Virus record (IMG/VR): IMGVR_UViG_3300042294_003246
Reading direction: 5' to 3' (one strand)
Length of the DNA: 64,000 bases
Source: a virus
Lineage: Duplodnaviria > Caudoviricetes
Shown: piece by piece, positions 63,611 to 64,000 of the stretch
Layout of the letters: each line of letters starts with the position of its first letter
Position numbering within the stretch: position 1 is the first letter of the stretch
Program-made: the position numbers and the translations under genes
The notes under the pieces: generated by a model
Seen by the model: only the letters and a program-made list of their open reading frames with translations
Told to the model about the DNA's origin: nothing
Database searches by the model: none

Positions 63611-63743
63611 GTCAGGTGGGCGTAATGAGGGATGGTACCCGAGTCCCCAAGACCAATAGTCCCCGACACTTGGGGGTTCTATGGAGTCGTAAGGTTGTCT
63701 ATCCCGTCTAGAACGGTATCCGGTTCGAGTCCGGCCCTGACTA
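63611..63743 (+). ncRNA. Expanded tRNA-like RNA 1 (~133 nt)
   Basis: GTCAGG/CCTGAC acceptor-like stem, CCGG-TTCGAGT-CCGG T arm, internal 11-bp helix. Confidence 0.55.
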
Positions 63744-63749
63744 ACAAAC

Positions 63750-63890
63750 AGGCAAATGGCGGAAGAAGAGTTAACCATACTCGTGGCAGACGTTAAGGTA
63801 TATTTCCCGTAAGAAGTTAACCGAGGCATAGCTGGGAATGTCTATTGAAAATAGATCTATGTCGTACAGGTTCGAGTCCTGTTTTGCCTA
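63750..63890 (+). ncRNA. Expanded tRNA-like RNA 2 (~141 nt), GAA anticodon-like loop
   Basis: AGGCAAA/TTTGCCT acceptor, ACAGG-TTCGAGT-CCTGT T arm, GTCTA-TTGAAAA-TAGAT arm, two insertions. Confidence 0.6.
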
Positions 63891-63897
63891 CAAATAT

Positions 63898-63980
63898 CGC
63901 GGGATAGTAAGTAGTTGGTAGCTGGCGAGGCTCATAACCTCGTGTCTTTGACCCCGGTGGTTCGAGCCCACCTCCCGCAA
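63898..63980 (+). tRNA. Initiator tRNA-fMet(CAU) with enlarged variable region
   Basis: C1-A72 mismatch (CGCGGGA/TCCCGCA), CGAGG-CTCATAA-CCTCG, ~13-nt variable region. Confidence 0.8.
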
Positions 63981-64000
63981 CACAATTTGGTTTGGTAGTC

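Noticed and set aside
59687-63829. Track ORFs overlapping the tRNA region (59687-, 60382+, 61007-, 61293-, 61856-, 62053-, 62650-, 62787-, 63363-, 63590-)
   Set aside because: Shadow frames across tRNA genes or GC-richer RNA structures, with no promoter context and no protein-like features.
63611-63890. tmRNA or RNase P identity for the expanded tRNA-like RNAs
   Set aside because: Too short, no Ala G3-U70 acceptor identity, no tag ORF or pseudoknots evident, and no RNase P conserved helices recognised.
1-64000. Alternative genetic code (stop-codon reassignment) as in some large phages
   Set aside because: Genes are full length and tightly packed under code 11. TAA, TAG and TGA all end genes at plausible points, and no clear suppressor tRNA is present.
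1-64000. Cellular chromosome or eukaryotic giant virus origin
   Set aside because: No housekeeping operons or rRNA, and mostly small orphan genes. Bacteroidota promoters, a bacterial initiator tRNA, umuDC, uvrC and T9SS CTDs point to a bacterial virus. This remains an inference because no capsid or terminase gene is in the window.
63989-64000. tRNA starting GGTTTGGTAGTC at the window edge
   Set aside because: Only 12 nt are visible, so the isotype cannot be called. It is noted only as consistent with the prediction from leader 2.

Overview
AT-rich, gene-dense 64 kb segment, most likely from a large (jumbo-type) tailed phage of a Bacteroidota host. This is an inference: no capsid, terminase or portal gene lies in the window. 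Host evidence is the repeated perfect Bacteroidota primary-sigma promoters (TTTG-N19/20-TAnnTTTG), A-rich leaders almost without Shine-Dalgarno sites, and T9SS-type C-terminal sorting domains. Contents: (i) about 33 ORFs whose short N-terminal leader peptides end in (I/L/V/F)-x-E, most of them first in or inside units behind a second motif, TATTTAT(A). These are candidate capsid-packaged, protease-matured internal proteins, some being polyproteins with lysozyme, DHH, GNAT or nuclease cargo. (ii) A sugar-modification cluster (acyltransferase, DegT aminotransferase, four GT2 genes, plus a distant RmlD-like gene). (iii) uvrC, umuD and umuC. (iv) T9SS-secreted adhesin-like genes, present once fused and once split into three genes. 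(v) An MTase/putative endonuclease pair between 37-bp direct repeats. (vi) A hairpin-rich, largely non-coding block with two HNH endonucleases. (vii) About 20 tRNA and tRNA-like genes from 57.7 kb onward. The most striking observation is that the two tRNA operons are each preceded by promoter, short leader ORF, antiterminator-capable sequence, intrinsic terminator and boxA. Leader 1 uses exactly the 16 amino acids served by the tRNAs downstream of it, suggesting ribosome-mediated attenuation of phage tRNA operons. Several tRNAs are structurally aberrant: D-armless Ile, two 130-140 nt expanded tRNA-like RNAs, A54 T-loops, short-arm Leu and long-arm fMet.
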